Source of the DNA: an uncultured Verrucomicrobiae bacterium
Lineage (GTDB): Bacteria > Verrucomicrobiota > Verrucomicrobiia > Chthoniobacterales > JAFAMB01
Reading direction: 5' to 3'
DNA: 64,000 nt
NCBI GenBank assembly: GCA_963837955.1
Contig: CAWIPH010000002.1
Location: 352,001 to 416,000, forward strand
How positions within the stretch are numbered: position 1 is the stretch's first letter; each line of letters starts with the position of its first letter. The notes beneath the pieces were generated by a model. That model saw only the letters and a program-made list of their open reading frames with translations, ran no database searches and was not told where the DNA came from. The position numbers were made by a program, and so were the translations under genes. Below, in pieces: positions 10,126 to 21,300 of this stretch.

Positions 10126-10297
10126 AGATGTCGGTTGAGTTTCACATTCCCCGCCTTGGATCCGCAAGCACGGAGCCGCCTGTTACGCGCCTGAGTTAAC
10201 GGGTTCACGACCGGATCTCGAAGCTTGGCAATTTCCGCCTAGGCATCAAAAGATCGGAACGTTGAGAGAGGGGCGCGTGTCACGCACTTCGACGTGT

Positions 10298-10341
10298 CGT
10301 GCCTCTGCACCGAGACTCCGAACAAGATCGTAATCGCTCCG
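10298..10341 (-). pseudogene. Short remnant of the NUDIX gene
   Basis: 40/44 nt identical to 17660-17703; three of the four mismatches are synonymous. Confidence 0.6.
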
Positions 10342-10407
10342 TACGGCTTTGGCTGCCCAAAGCCGCCGTCTTAATGTCTGTTCAAACGCGTGCCACGAAG
10401 CTGTTTA

Positions 10408-11802
10408 TCACGGCACCGTGGTGACCATTCCGCTGAAATCAAGTTTGGTGCTGGATGTAATAATGTTCGGCGGCAGCGGTGTCTGCGAAAAGTTGAAACA
10501 GTCCAACATGTTGTTTGAAACCGCGTCCCGAGCAGTCAGCGACTTCAGTCCAAACCTCGTTTCGATCAGCTTGAGAGGAGAAGTCAAATCAAACCGAGTG
10601 TGATTGACATAACCCGCTCGCGAGTAAGGAGAAATGATGATGGCAGGTACGCGCGGGCCCCAGCCGTAAAGATCGGTCTGCGGGGGAGGGACGTGATCGT
10701 AAAAACCGCCGTAATCGTCCCACACCAAAATTATTGCGGTGTCTTTCCAATAAGGGCTTTGCATTACCGCATTAATCAGGTCGGTGACGTATCGCATTCC
10801 TACTTGGATATCTTGCGGAGGATGCTCACTTTCTTTGAAGCCCGGAATTATCCAGGAAACTTGAGGCAATGTCCCCGCCTTAATATCATCGTAGAACTGT
10901 TCCTTCTTAACCAAATGTGACATCAAACTGGGATCAGCCTTAACCTGTTCGAAACCGGCTAAAGGATTCCAAAGCGAATGGTTGTGAGGATTTGGCTGAC
11001 CCGTGTAGTAGTTCCAAGTGACACCGGAATTCCGGAGCAGCTCGACCATAGTTGGGAACGAATAGGTCGGTTCGACGCGCGGGCCACCGGGGTTGTTAAC
11101 AAGACCGCCGGATTGTGCCGCAATGGCATAGAGATGATTCGGCTCACTCGGACCCATGATGGAAGAAAAGAAATAGTCACACAACGTGAACTTGCGGGCG
11201 TAATCCCAATAGTTCGGGATTTCGTGGAAATCCGAGTAACCCAGCGTGTCAAGAACCCATGACGGGCGGGTACCCAGATTCGGGAGCGCAGCAGGGGTCA
11301 GAGCCGTCGCGTTTTGCTCTTCAACATCAGGAGCGCTCTCATCCTCATCGTCGACTGCACCATTAGGCGAAACCGCTGTCGCCAGCGGTTGCGTCGCAAT
11401 ATGACCACCCTCGACCAATTCAGGAATCGGGGTTGGAACCGGCTTGCCTCCCCAATAAAATTTTAGTGCCTGCGGCCATTCAGCCCACATAAATCCGTCC
11501 ATGCGTCCCTGATTCCAGGCTGTCCGAACCGCCTGCCAAGTGTGCTGGAGATCATGATGGATACGGGTAGCGGTTGAGTGATAAGGCTTAAACTTAGGCG
11601 GACCACCCGGAAGTTCCGGCAAAGTGGTCCCAGGCGGAATCCCGTTCGCGCCCGGATAGGTGCCGAAGTAACTGTCAAACGTGTGATTTTCCTGGATGAT
11701 ATAAATGAAATGATTAAACGGGATGCTAGATCCTGTTTGCGCCGACCCGACACCCAGCATCGCAACCGTTGCAGCCAGAATTCCACCAACGACTTTCGAC
11801 AT
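10408..11802 (-). CDS. Secreted phosphoesterase / phospholipase C-acid phosphatase family, copy 1
   Basis: Signal peptide; [36 protein letters not shown] and GPRVP motifs. Confidence 0.9.
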   Translation of the reverse strand: MSKVVGGILAATVAMLGVGSAQTGSSIPFNHFIYIIQENHTFDSYFGTYPGANGIPPGTTLPELPGGPPKFKPYHSTATRIHHDLQHTWQAVRTAWNQGRMDGFMWAEWPQALKFYWGGKPVPTPIPELVEGGHIATQPLATAVSPNGAVDDEDESAPDVEEQNATALTPAALPNLGTRPSWVLDTLGYSDFHEIPNYWDYARKFTLCDYFFSSIMGPSEPNHLYAIAAQSGGLVNNPGGPRVEPTYSFPTMVELLRNSGVTWNYYTGQPNPHNHSLWNPLAGFEQVKADPSLMSHLVKKEQFYDDIKAGTLPQVSWIIPGFKESEHPPQDIQVGMRYVTDLINAVMQSPYWKDTAIILVWDDYGGFYDHVPPPQTDLYGWGPRVPAIIISPYSRAGYVNHTRFDLTSPLKLIETRFGLKSLTARDAVSNNMLDCFNFSQTPLPPNIITSSTKLDFSGMVTTVP

Positions 11803-12261
11803 CCCTCCCGAAGCATAACGACGAAAAGCGCCGTCAGACCATTGCCGGAGACTTTGAGAGGCTTTCACCCGGTGATAAGAACAGCCATTGGGATCGGACA
11901 CAACTTCTTTTCAGAGGGTACGTATGACAAATTACGCGCTCGTAATCTAGCCACCGTAGTTGCAAGCATTGCCGCAAAGAGTAAAGCAATTTTCGCATGT
12001 TCGGACCAGCGCTGCGTTTTGCACGAGCGTCCCTAACTGACTCGCCATCCTAGGACGCTCACTGCACGTTGACGAAATGCTCTGAAATCCGGCGGATGGA
12101 CTCCCGGTGCATCCGGACCGTGGGCGGGTGGTGAGCGAGTGATTCCCGATTAGGCCCCGAAGACCGACCCATCGATCCCCAAAACAGATTGACACTTTCG
12201 CCCGCCGTCCTTTACCGTTTGGGGTGCTTGGCCACGTTCTCGGCCTTAGGTTCAAGTATTC

Positions 12262-13014
12262 GTGGCGCGCAAGTTTACCGGCATCGACGAATTCACTGGA
12301 GGAATACTCATAAGTACAACGGCAAGTCCTACGCCGGAGCCTCCGTTCAACGGGGCCGAACTGGGCATGCTCGCCCATCTGTATCGAGGCGAGATGTATC
12401 GCAGCAAGGTCTGGCGTACGCGACTCGATGCGACGACCAACTGGGCCGTGGCGACCACCGGCATCGCTCTCTCGGTCGCCTTTAGCAATGCCGGAAACTC
12501 GCCCCTTCCTCTGGTTCTGGTGACGCTGATGTCTCTGGTGTTCCTGGCGATTGAAGCCCGTCGATATCGCTACTTCGACATCTGGCGCACTCGCGTGCGA
12601 ATAATGGAGGTTTCGATGTACGCCCCCCTTCTTCGGCTCCAAGGGGTGCGCGTTGACAACGGCTGGAACGAGGCGCTGGCCCGCGACTACGAGCGACTTC
12701 ACTTTCACATAAGTTTTTGGGAAGCCGCGGGACGCCGGCTGCGGCGCAACTACTCGTTTCTGTTTGGTGTTCAGGCGGTCAGCTACGCACTCAAAATATG
12801 CATTCACCCGACGCCGGTCAGGTCCCTCGACGAGCTGTGGGAGCACGCGTCGATCGGTCCGCTTCCCGGCCAGGTCGTGTTGGCCATAGGGGTTCTCTTC
12901 CACGCCGGATTGCTCGCACTCGCGCTCCTGACCTTGAAAGGGCAGCGCGCTGCCGGGCGTGTGGAAGGAGCCGCCGACTACAAAGACCCGACGGCGAGTT
13001 TGCGGATCGATTGA
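12262..13014 (+). CDS. DUF2270 family membrane protein
   Basis: AHLYRGE..R...WRTRLDATTNWA and IEARRYRYFDIWR motifs; start uncertain. Confidence 0.85.
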   Translation: MARKFTGIDEFTGGILISTTASPTPEPPFNGAELGMLAHLYRGEMYRSKVWRTRLDATTNWAVATTGIALSVAFSNAGNSPLPLVLVTLMSLVFLAIEARRYRYFDIWRTRVRIMEVSMYAPLLRLQGVRVDNGWNEALARDYERLHFHISFWEAAGRRLRRNYSFLFGVQAVSYALKICIHPTPVRSLDELWEHASIGPLPGQVVLAIGVLFHAGLLALALLTLKGQRAAGRVEGAADYKDPTASLRID

Positions 13015-13122
13015 AACCAGTAGCCCGATCCCGCCGTCGCTTCGCAGATGGGGCCCGCTCGAAAGGGTAGCAGTTGAATCTGGAGTAGGCGGCCGTATGG
13101 TTTACCTGGAGGTATTCTTGAT

Positions 13123-13683
13123 ATGGATGCGAGTTCTTTTCTGAAGCGCATCATCATTATTGCGTTAGTTAGCGCGCTACCCACGTTCGTCAGTGTTGCG
13201 TCACCAGGTGGCGGCGGTCATTCCTCGGGTGGCTCGAGCGGCGGTGGCTCGAGCGGCGGTGGCTCCGCGAGTGGCGGTCATTCATCGAGTGGTTCGAACG
13301 GCGGTGGCTCCGCGAGCGGTGGTCATTCATCGAGTGGCTCGAACGGCGGTAACTCTGCGAACGGCTCGAACGGTGGCCATTCCTCGAATGGCGGTCATTC
13401 CGCGAGCGGGTCGAACGTTGGCCATTCCTCACGCGGCTCCAATGGCGGACATTCCGCCAGCGATCCGAGCAGTTCTAATATCGCAGTGGGAACCGGACGT
13501 TCTGTCCCCGGTATGCACGTTAGTTCAAGCAATGTTCGCAAACCTTCTATCTCAGCTGCCAATACGCGCATTTTCAGCAGTGGTGGGTCCTCTGGACACG
13601 ATAATAACTGGGACGGAGACGATGGCCGGTTGCGCCGTCATCGGCGCCTACTTTTTGGGTTCTTGCCGTTTTATGGCACCTGA
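13123..13683 (+). CDS. Secreted Gly/Ser/His-rich low-complexity protein
   Basis: GGAGG RBS, signal-like N-terminus, repeated GGHS units, 45-bp tandem unit at 13255-13344. Confidence 0.6.
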   Translation: MDASSFLKRIIIIALVSALPTFVSVASPGGGGHSSGGSSGGGSSGGGSASGGHSSSGSNGGGSASGGHSSSGSNGGNSANGSNGGHSSNGGHSASGSNVGHSSRGSNGGHSASDPSSSNIAVGTGRSVPGMHVSSSNVRKPSISAANTRIFSSGGSSGHDNNWDGDDGRLRRHRRLLFGFLPFYGT

Positions 13684-13709
13684 GTCTTCTCAAACTGTCG
13701 CCGCGATTT

Positions 13710-13983
13710 GCACGGGAACCAATAGTCTCCTCGCCTGCCAGAATCATTGAAGCGGCAAGTGCTGCAACTTTGTGATCCTTGGTCCAAGGTGGGCCTATAG
13801 AACTTCCGAGGCTTGAGATCCTGCGCCGCACTCGACTCACCCATTCCCGAATGTCGTCTTGGCCCGCTCATCGAGTTCTCGCTCCCTAATTGCCGTGACA
13901 GAAATTTTCAAACGTTCACAAGCTCTCCTAACCGCATTGCGAAAGAATTCGCCTTCGGCCGTATGAATCAGCGCGTGCGACGC
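13710..13983 (-). pseudogene. Truncated duplicate of the 3' part of 14632-15279
   Basis: Aligns with 14663-14940 at high identity with indels; lacks the 5' half. Confidence 0.85.
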
Positions 13984-14141
13984 ACGGATGCGAGGCACTA
14001 CTATTGAAGATTTTGCCGAAGGTCTGACCTCGTTGTAAAATTAAGAAATTGTAACGTTTCCGTCACGCTGGATTCATCGGCCTGCGCGACGATAGTTTGA
14101 GTGGGTCGAGACGCCCACAACAGAAATCGGAGAACAACCAG

Positions 14142-14459
14142 ATGAAAACTAAGATCGTATTTGCAACTGCAATCATCGGGGTGTTTGCACTTACCAGTTT
14201 AGCTTATGCGGGTAAGGAAGGGAAAGAAAACGAGCAAAAGATAGCTCTGACCGACATGCCGGCGGCAGTGCAAAAGACCATTCAGGACAACCTGGGCGCG
14301 GGCACCATCACTGAGACAGCCAAGGAAGTGAAAAAGGGCAAAACCGTATACCAGGCCCACGTTAGGAAATCGGGAGGCCAAGAGGTCGAGGTCAAGGTCG
14401 CCGAGGATGGGAAGCTCATCAGTGTCGGTAAGGAAAACGACGCCGAGCATAACGACTAG
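14142..14459 (+). CDS. Secreted PepSY-like domain protein
   Basis: Signal peptide; DMPAAVQKTI...VYQAHV...EVKVAEDGKLI pattern. Confidence 0.75.
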   Translation: MKTKIVFATAIIGVFALTSLAYAGKEGKENEQKIALTDMPAAVQKTIQDNLGAGTITETAKEVKKGKTVYQAHVRKSGGQEVEVKVAEDGKLISVGKENDAEHND

Positions 14460-14631
14460 ATATCCATATTGACGACGGGGAAGTTGTGGTTTGGGCTGTG
14501 TAAAAGAGCCCAGAGCCGCAAAGCAAAAGTGAGCGACGAATTCGAGAGAGTTTCGCCGCAGGGCAGACCGCTCTCGGAAAGAGAGACGCTGTTCTTCGCT
14601 CTTTTGCCGAACTCCTTGGCGGATGCAGCGC

Positions 14632-15279
14632 TCAACTCCTTTCCTGTCCACTCTTCTGAGCGGCACGGGCAGAACCAACAATCCCCTCGCATGCCAGAAC
14701 CATTGAAGCGGCAAGTGCCGCAGTTTTGTGATCCTTGGTCCAAGGTGGGCCGATAGAACGTCCCAGGCTTGAGATCCTGCGCTGCACTCGACTCACCGCA
14801 TTCCCGAATGTCGTCTTGGCCCGCTGATCGAGTTCTCGCTCCCTAATTGCCGTGACAGAAATTTTCAAACGTTCACAAGCTTTCCTGACGGCATTGCGGA
14901 AGAATTCGCCTTCCGCCGTATGAATCAGCGCGTGCGACGCGAGAATTTTCGAAAGAGACGGCAGAGGGCGACCTGAGGCTAAGAGCACGGCAGAACCTAC
15001 GATTCGATAGCGGCGCCCGTCCAATTCCCGGACGACTTCCCCGACAGCCGCCAAAGCCGAGCGCTCCGAGACGGCTGCACAGTTCGCAAGGTAACTCTCC
15101 AACTCCGCCAGTCCGAGGCTCGCTGCATAGTGATAGGGTTGGTTGGCCCCGGGCATTCTCGGATCCGTGGTGACGATGCGCCTTCGGTCGAGTAGCTCCA
15201 CCGAGTTGGCATCTCCGGAAACGGCCACGAGCACTCCCCAACCGGAATGCATTCGAACGCCCAGGGCTGCGCGCTTCAT
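14632..15279 (-). CDS. Conserved hypothetical protein
   Basis: LGVRMHSGWGVLVAV...QPYHYA...HALIHTAEG...GPPWTKDHK; clean ORF. Confidence 0.7.
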   Translation of the reverse strand: MKRAALGVRMHSGWGVLVAVSGDANSVELLDRRRIVTTDPRMPGANQPYHYAASLGLAELESYLANCAAVSERSALAAVGEVVRELDGRRYRIVGSAVLLASGRPLPSLSKILASHALIHTAEGEFFRNAVRKACERLKISVTAIRERELDQRAKTTFGNAVSRVQRRISSLGRSIGPPWTKDHKTAALAASMVLACEGIVGSARAAQKSGQERS

Positions 15280-15436
15280 GTTTCAGGTTTTCCAGTGACG
15301 TGCTGCGGAGGCAAAGACTGGTGAGCCAGCGCGCGAGCAGAACCCGCTCGACGAAGGCGGCCGCAACCCGCCTCCAAAGCAGCCTGTAATTAGAGTATCT
15401 CGTTATCTGTTCAAACACGTGCCACCAAGCTGCCTA

Positions 15437-16822
15437 TCACGGCACCGTGGTGACCATTCCGCTGAAATCAAGTTTGGTGCTGGATGTAATAATGTCCGGC
15501 GGCAGCGGTGTCTGCGAAAAATTGAAACAGTCCAACATGTTGTTCGAAGCGCCGTCCCGAGCAGTCAGCGACGAAAGCCCAAACCTGGTTTCAATCAGCT
15601 TGAGCGGCGAAGTCAAATCGAACCGGGTGTGATTGACAACACCCGAACGCGAGTAAGGAGAAATGACGATGGCAGGGACACGCGGCCCCTAGCCGTAGAG
15701 ATCGGTCTGCTGGGGAGGAACGTGATCGTAAAAACCGCCGTAATCGTCCCACACCAAAATTATTACTGTATCCTTCCAATAAGCGCTTTGCATTACCGCA
15801 TTAATCAGTCCGGTAACGTACTGCATTCCTATCTGGACATCTGCCGGAGGATGCTCACTTTCTTTGAAGCCCGGAATTATCCAGGAAACTTGAGGCAACG
15901 TCCCCGCCTTCAGATCAGCGTAGAACTGCGCCTGCTTAACCAAATGTGACATCAAGCCGGGGTCACTCTGAAACTTTTTGAAACCAGGTAAAGGATTCCA
16001 AAACGAATGTTTGAGGGGATTTGGCGTGTAGTAGTTCCAAGTGACACCGGAATTCCGGAGCAGCTCGGCCATGGTTGGGAACGAATAGGTCGGTTCGGCA
16101 CTCGGACCAGCAGGGTTGTAAACGAGACCGCCGGATTGTGCCGCCACGGTATAGAGATGATTCGGCTCGCTTGGACCCATGAGCGACGAGAAAAAATAGT
16201 CACACAGCGTGAACCTGCGGGCGTAATCCCAATAGTTAGGGATTTCGTGGAAATCCATGTAAGCCAGCGTGTCGAGAACCCATGACGGGCGGGAGCCCGG
16301 ATTCGGGAGCGCAGCCGGAGTCAAAGCCGCCGTGTTCTGCTCTTCAATATCAGGAGCACTCTCATCCTCATCGTCGGCTGCACCATTAGGCGAAAGGGCT
16401 GTCACTACCGGTCGAGTCGAAGTAGGACTTTGGACCAATCCAGGAATCGGGGTCGGAACAGGCTTGGCTCCCCAATAAAATCTGAGCGCCTCCGGCCATT
16501 CAGCCCACATAAACCCGTCCATGCGCCCTTGATCCCAGGCTGTCCGAGCCGCCTGCCAGGTGTGCCCGAGATCATGAGGGACATGAGTAGCGGTTAAGTG
16601 AAAGGGCTTATATTTAGGCGAACCACCCGGAAGTTCCGGCAAAGTAGTTCCTGGCGGAATCCCGTTCGCGCCCGGATAGGTGCCGAAGTAACTGTCAAAC
16701 GTGTGATTTTCCTGGATGATATAGATGAAGTGGTTAACCGGGATGTTAGATCCTGTCTGCGCAGACGCGATACCCAGCATCGTAACCGTTGCCGCCAGAA
16801 TTCCGGCAGCGACTTCCGACAT
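15437..16822 (-). pseudogene. Phosphoesterase copy 2 with in-frame amber stop at 15689-15691
   Basis: Colinear with 10408-11802; GGC TAG GGG CCG where copy 1 has GGC TGG GGC CCG; frame continues intact to TGA at 15437. Confidence 0.85.
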
Positions 16823-17552
16823 CCTTTCCGAAGCATAGCGCCGAAAAGCGCCATCGGGGGACTGCCGTAGCCTTAGAAAGGCTTTCACCCTGATGATATG
16901 ACCAGCCATTTCGATTGGACACAACGTTATTCAGGGGCTCCGTCTCCTATATTGTGCGCCGTAGTCTAACCACTGTAATTGCCAGCAATTCTCGAGTTAG
17001 TAAGACAATTTGTTTGTTCTGATCAGTGCCCGAATTTAGCTTGATCAAACAAAGACCGGAGGCCTAGGTTCCCGAGCCAAGCGCCAAGATTATTGGAAAC
17101 GGCCAAAATGTTGTAGAGCGAAAAACGCCCGCTGATCTGCTAGAGGTAATCCCAAGCGTGTCTCCGATTCAGCAGCCTCTTCGAAGCCGCACGCGCGGCC
17201 GGCATCAACCAGAACTACGCCCGGCAGTTTGTCTCCGTGCTGATGGCTGATGAGCGCATACTGGTTCAGAAGATCCCGCGAGAGGAAGCAAAGAGCGCTC
17301 TTGGGTTTGTCCGCGCATCCTGTTTTGCTCTTCAGTCAATAACTGAACAACATATATCAATCGTGTATCATAACAGTGATGATTCAGCAGTGACGCGAAG
17401 GCTGGGGAAGATCTTTGAACAACCGTTACTACCGTTCTGATCGAGCCTTGGTTATTTTTTTGGAAAACCTCTGAAGGCGAACCCATCCGGACCGGGCAAG
17501 AAGAATTTGCATGTCGTCCCTAGCCCTGTTGCTCCGGTGCGATTCGCTAAAA

Positions 17553-17951
17553 TTATTCGACTCCCCAGAAAAACTTCGCCGACGGCGTCGCGTTTGTGGG
17601 CAATCGATCAAAGAAACCAAGATCGGCGATTTCCTCGGCAGGAAAATGCATGCGGACGGCGTGCCTCTGCACCGAGACTCTGAACAAAATTGTGATCGCT
17701 CCGCGCTTGGGTCGATCATACATCTGAAGATAATTGGTCGATCTAACTCCCAATCCGGTTTCTTCGCGCACCTCGCGTTTCAGGGCGCGCTCAAGGGATT
17801 CGTTCCGCTTAACTTTACCTCCAGGCAGCGTCCAAAGTTTTTGACCGACGGCTTGGCGAACAAGCAAGACGGAGCCTTTGTCATCCTCAATCCACGCCAT
17901 CACAGAGACTTCCTTCTTTGGGTTAAATCTTACGCGCTGCTTTTTCGGCAT
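17553..17951 (-). CDS. NUDIX hydrolase
   Basis: Nudix box GGKVKRNESLERALKREVREETGL. Confidence 0.92.
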   Translation of the reverse strand: MPKKQRVRFNPKKEVSVMAWIEDDKGSVLLVRQAVGQKLWTLPGGKVKRNESLERALKREVREETGLGVRSTNYLQMYDRPKRGAITILFRVSVQRHAVRMHFPAEEIADLGFFDRLPTNATPSAKFFWGVE

Positions 17952-18083
17952 CCTTCGGCTGCCTGAACGATGATAGTTGGGCCGACGCAAAGCGACAAAA
18001 TTTTTGTCTCTAGACTCTCGGACCCAGCTGCTTAGCTTCTCTGTGGCTATTTGATTCTTAGACTTGCGCCTCTCGCCTGGTAA

Positions 18084-18971
18084 GTGCCTTCACCAGAGTT
18101 TGAAATTCATTTTTCAGAGAACGAAATGGGAACTCGTGAAGATGTTGTCTCCGATTTTGCCCGTGATGGATTCATCGTCCTCAAGGGATTCCTTAATAAG
18201 CGCGAAGCGGCAGAAGTTCAGGGGCTTATCGAATCGGTCCGCAATTTGCCGCTAGAGCAAACCTGCATGCGTCCGCACAATACGCTGATACCGCTGCGAT
18301 GGAATAACCCCATCGTCCGGGTTCTTCTGATGTCCGAGCGCCGAGTGCAAGCTTTGACCGATGCAGTAGGCGCCGACGACCCGAAGTGGATTTCAGGGTA
18401 CATTAGTATCAAAGAAGCGCGTAGCCCAGCCTTGTGGTGGCATCAGGACTGGTGGTGCTGGGACCACTCCGTGAGTTATCAGCCCGAGGCGCCGCAAATT
18501 GCTATCTTGTGCTACTTGGCCGAAACGAGCGTCCATAATGGCGGTCTGAGAGTCTTGCCGGGCTCTCATCGCAGAAGTGCGCCCATACACGCCACCCTTC
18601 CGGAGGCACACAGTGAGGGTGCGATGGAACTCAAATCCGGACACCTGGCCATGGCCGATCTCCCCGGCCAAGTGTCGCTTGGCTTAAGAGGAGGAGACGC
18701 TGTCGCCATCGACTACAGACTGCTTCACGGAACTCATCGAAACGCCAGCACTACCAGACGCGACTGCGTAATTCTCTCATTTACGCCCTCGTGGCGGCGG
18801 CTACCTGAAGACATAAAAGGGCACCTAATAGACCATTCGGCACAGCCATGCCAGACCGAGGTCCCAGAAGCCCTCAAGCTGATCTCAAACCTTCTTCCAA
18901 CCTTCGCTGGAGTGCGGCGAAGTCTACCCCTGAACCGCAATGCACCAGCTAAATTCGAGATCTCCGATTAA
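18084..18971 (+). CDS. Phytanoyl-CoA dioxygenase (PhyH) family Fe/2OG oxygenase
   Basis: WHQD iron motif, NGGLRVLPGSH, LLHG..R; start could be 18126. Confidence 0.88.
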   Translation: MPSPEFEIHFSENEMGTREDVVSDFARDGFIVLKGFLNKREAAEVQGLIESVRNLPLEQTCMRPHNTLIPLRWNNPIVRVLLMSERRVQALTDAVGADDPKWISGYISIKEARSPALWWHQDWWCWDHSVSYQPEAPQIAILCYLAETSVHNGGLRVLPGSHRRSAPIHATLPEAHSEGAMELKSGHLAMADLPGQVSLGLRGGDAVAIDYRLLHGTHRNASTTRRDCVILSFTPSWRRLPEDIKGHLIDHSAQPCQTEVPEALKLISNLLPTFAGVRRSLPLNRNAPAKFEISD

Positions 18972-19284
18972 GCCACTTACGTCCGTGCAAAGAACTACCC
19001 AGAGGAGGCGAAGCAAGAAGTGCTCGATTCGCCAAGCAGCCCTTGATTCGGATTATGCCCGCTCTTTGGCAATAACTGACTCGGACCCGAAACAACGCCC
19101 ATTATTTATGCCATTTCGATCGTGTTCCACCGTCGTGGAACTGGAACAGCTTAGGTTAGTCTCCTCGGGACTCGGGACTCTGGAATCGCGAGTTCGAGTT
19201 TCACAATCCGATCCGCGCGGCGAGGAGGCGACGGACCTCGTAGATGACCGCGAAGCAGTTGCGGAACTTTCAGCGTCGGTTGCC

Positions 19285-19833
19285 TCATCGATAGGCCGCC
19301 AGCATGGCGTAGACGATGACGCCAGTGACCGAGACATAGAGCCAAATCGGGAAAGTGAATCGGGCCAGGCGCCGGTGCGCGGGAAAGCGACCGCTGAGCG
19401 CGAAAAAAAAAGTGATGAGAATCATCGGCAGGGCCACGACCGAGAGACCGATATGCGAGATGAGCAGCGGGAAGTACACATAACGAATCGCGCCCTGGCC
19501 TAGGAAGCGCATGTCGCCGTGAAGGGCGTGATTGGTGATGTAGGTGACAAGGAAAATAGAGGAAAAGACAAACGCCGTGAACATGGCTGCCCGGTGCTTG
19601 CTGACCCGCTTGGCGCGGATGAAGCAGAAACCGATAACCAGGGCGGTGGCGGAGAGGGCGTTGAGCAGGGCATTCACTGCGGGAAGGAAGAGCAGGTGGG
19701 TGCCCGTAACATCGGCGGGTGCATGATAATAAACGAGCCAGCAGAGGAAGAGGCTGGCGACGGCGCTGATGGCGATAATGGCGGCGACGATGCTAAGCGG
19801 GGTACGGTTCTCGTTGGTCGTGAGTGTCGTCAT
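19285..19833 (-). CDS. DUF420 family membrane protein
   Basis: LPAVNALLN, HRAAM, LLISHIGL, HRRLARFTFPIWLYVSVTGV motifs. Confidence 0.88.
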   Translation of the reverse strand: MTTLTTNENRTPLSIVAAIIAISAVASLFLCWLVYYHAPADVTGTHLLFLPAVNALLNALSATALVIGFCFIRAKRVSKHRAAMFTAFVFSSIFLVTYITNHALHGDMRFLGQGAIRYVYFPLLISHIGLSVVALPMILITFFFALSGRFPAHRRLARFTFPIWLYVSVTGVIVYAMLAAYR

Positions 19834-20152
19834 GGCTCTAAGGCAAAGATCATAGGTTTTCCTCTTTTGCCAACAGTTTGATGTCCTGGAGCAACCCCGC
19901 GGCCGCGCGGCATTGGAAACTCAGATTGACGGCCTCGCCAATGAGCGTCCGATGCCATGTATCGCCACCCCCGGAATCAGGATGACTGGACTGAGAGACG
20001 AGAAAAAATCTTCCTCCTCGTCGCGTACTTCCAAATCACCAAACGGCCTCTGCGGCTAGGGGCGTTGCAGCCTCGGGGGCAGCCACCCAGCGTGATCCGG
20101 GGCACCAAAGAGCCGCTTGAATCCTTGGGTCTCTCTGACAATCGACGGGTCA

Positions 20153-20536
20153 TCACTTGGCGACCTTTACCTCGAAGGTCACCGTGTTGTCCCCCCCAGC
20201 GTTCTTGATGACGAACTTGTATTTCCCGTCCTTCGCCGGCGTGTCTTTCACCGAACACTTCGGGCCGGGCGAGTCGTCCTTGCCGACTTCCTTGCCGGCC
20301 TCGTCGTAGACGTACAGGTGCACGTCGGTGTTCTTCGTGCCGTCCGTCGTGGCCTCGAACTCCTTCCCCGCCGTGAGGGTCAGGAGGTAGGCGACCTCGC
20401 CCTTGTCCTTCATCTCGATCTTCTTGCCCTTGAACTCCGCCCCCTTGCCCAGGTCGGTCGGCTGCTGTGCGGGACAAAGTGTGGCGAGCGCGAACACAGC
20501 CGCTGCTGCGGTGACGAACCGAGTAATCGATATCAT
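20153..20536 (-). CDS. Small secreted beta-sandwich (PPC-like) protein, high GC3
   Basis: Signal peptide; TDVHLYVYDEAGKEVGKDD...GKYKFVIKN pattern. Confidence 0.7.
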   Translation of the reverse strand: MISITRFVTAAAAVFALATLCPAQQPTDLGKGAEFKGKKIEMKDKGEVAYLLTLTAGKEFEATTDGTKNTDVHLYVYDEAGKEVGKDDSPGPKCSVKDTPAKDGKYKFVIKNAGGDNTVTFEVKVAK

Positions 20537-21275
20537 TCCGGAATACAAAGCGTCTAACGTGCCAACGTTCATTGACTGTCGTTAACCGGTTCGGCTCCAT
20601 CGGGATAAGCGAAAGTGTCGCGTCGAATGCGTGCGGCAGGTATTCGCAACCCGCGAGCAGTGGTCGTCCGGAATCTCGCAAAGAGCGAGCGTAGAAACTT
20701 TGCCTCCTTCGCGCCTTCCGTTAAAGATTCTCGCGCCGTAAGGTCGTCGATGGTGCTCTCCGATTCGGATTCAGTATCCGAGTTGTCAGATTCCGCGAAA
20801 CGCGGCAAGAGCCGAACTCATCAAGGCCTATTTTTGGGGTTTCGCGGTTGTTCCTCACGACGGCCTTTGCTGCTGCTTAATCCAAAAAATGAAACGACTG
20901 CGTAAAACGCTGACCGAGCCGCTTACGTTATAACTGTACTGCGAGGAATGGCGGTCCAGGAGCCGACGGCGCCGGTCGCTATCAACTGCGTCGAGTTGTG
21001 CAAGTGGCACTGCGCGCGTGTGAGTCAGATGCCAATCGGCTCCAAGATCGAGGCCGCCGGTCGCAAACGAGTAACCAGATGCCTTACCGTCATTACTCAG
21101 ATGAACAAAGTCCGCGTAGCTTCTGTTCTGGACTCAGTAAGATCGAAAGACATGAACTCAGCCAGAACAGGAACAGTTACGCAAAAGCACATTAACGGAC
21201 AATATCTGATCGTTATCTGAGTTTGCGCGGAACCCAAGTGCGATTCGAGCTCTAAGTTACTCAGTGTCAACGCTG

Positions 21276-21300
21276 GAGGCGGGGGCGGGAATCGAACCCG
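21276..21300. repeat. Distal att site (3' end of tRNA-Cys, followed by CCA)
   Basis: GAGGCGGGGGCGGGAATCGAACCCG identical to 61349-61373. Confidence 0.95.

Noticed and set aside
11947..12903. 318-aa minus-strand ORF and similar long antisense ORFs (e.g. 221-925, 18940-19503, 28432-29034)
   Set aside because: Shadow or alternate-frame ORFs over well-supported genes
15689..15691. Pyrrolysine recoding of the in-frame TAG
   Set aside because: The paralogue has Trp (TGG) here; a single transition explains it and no pyl genes are in view
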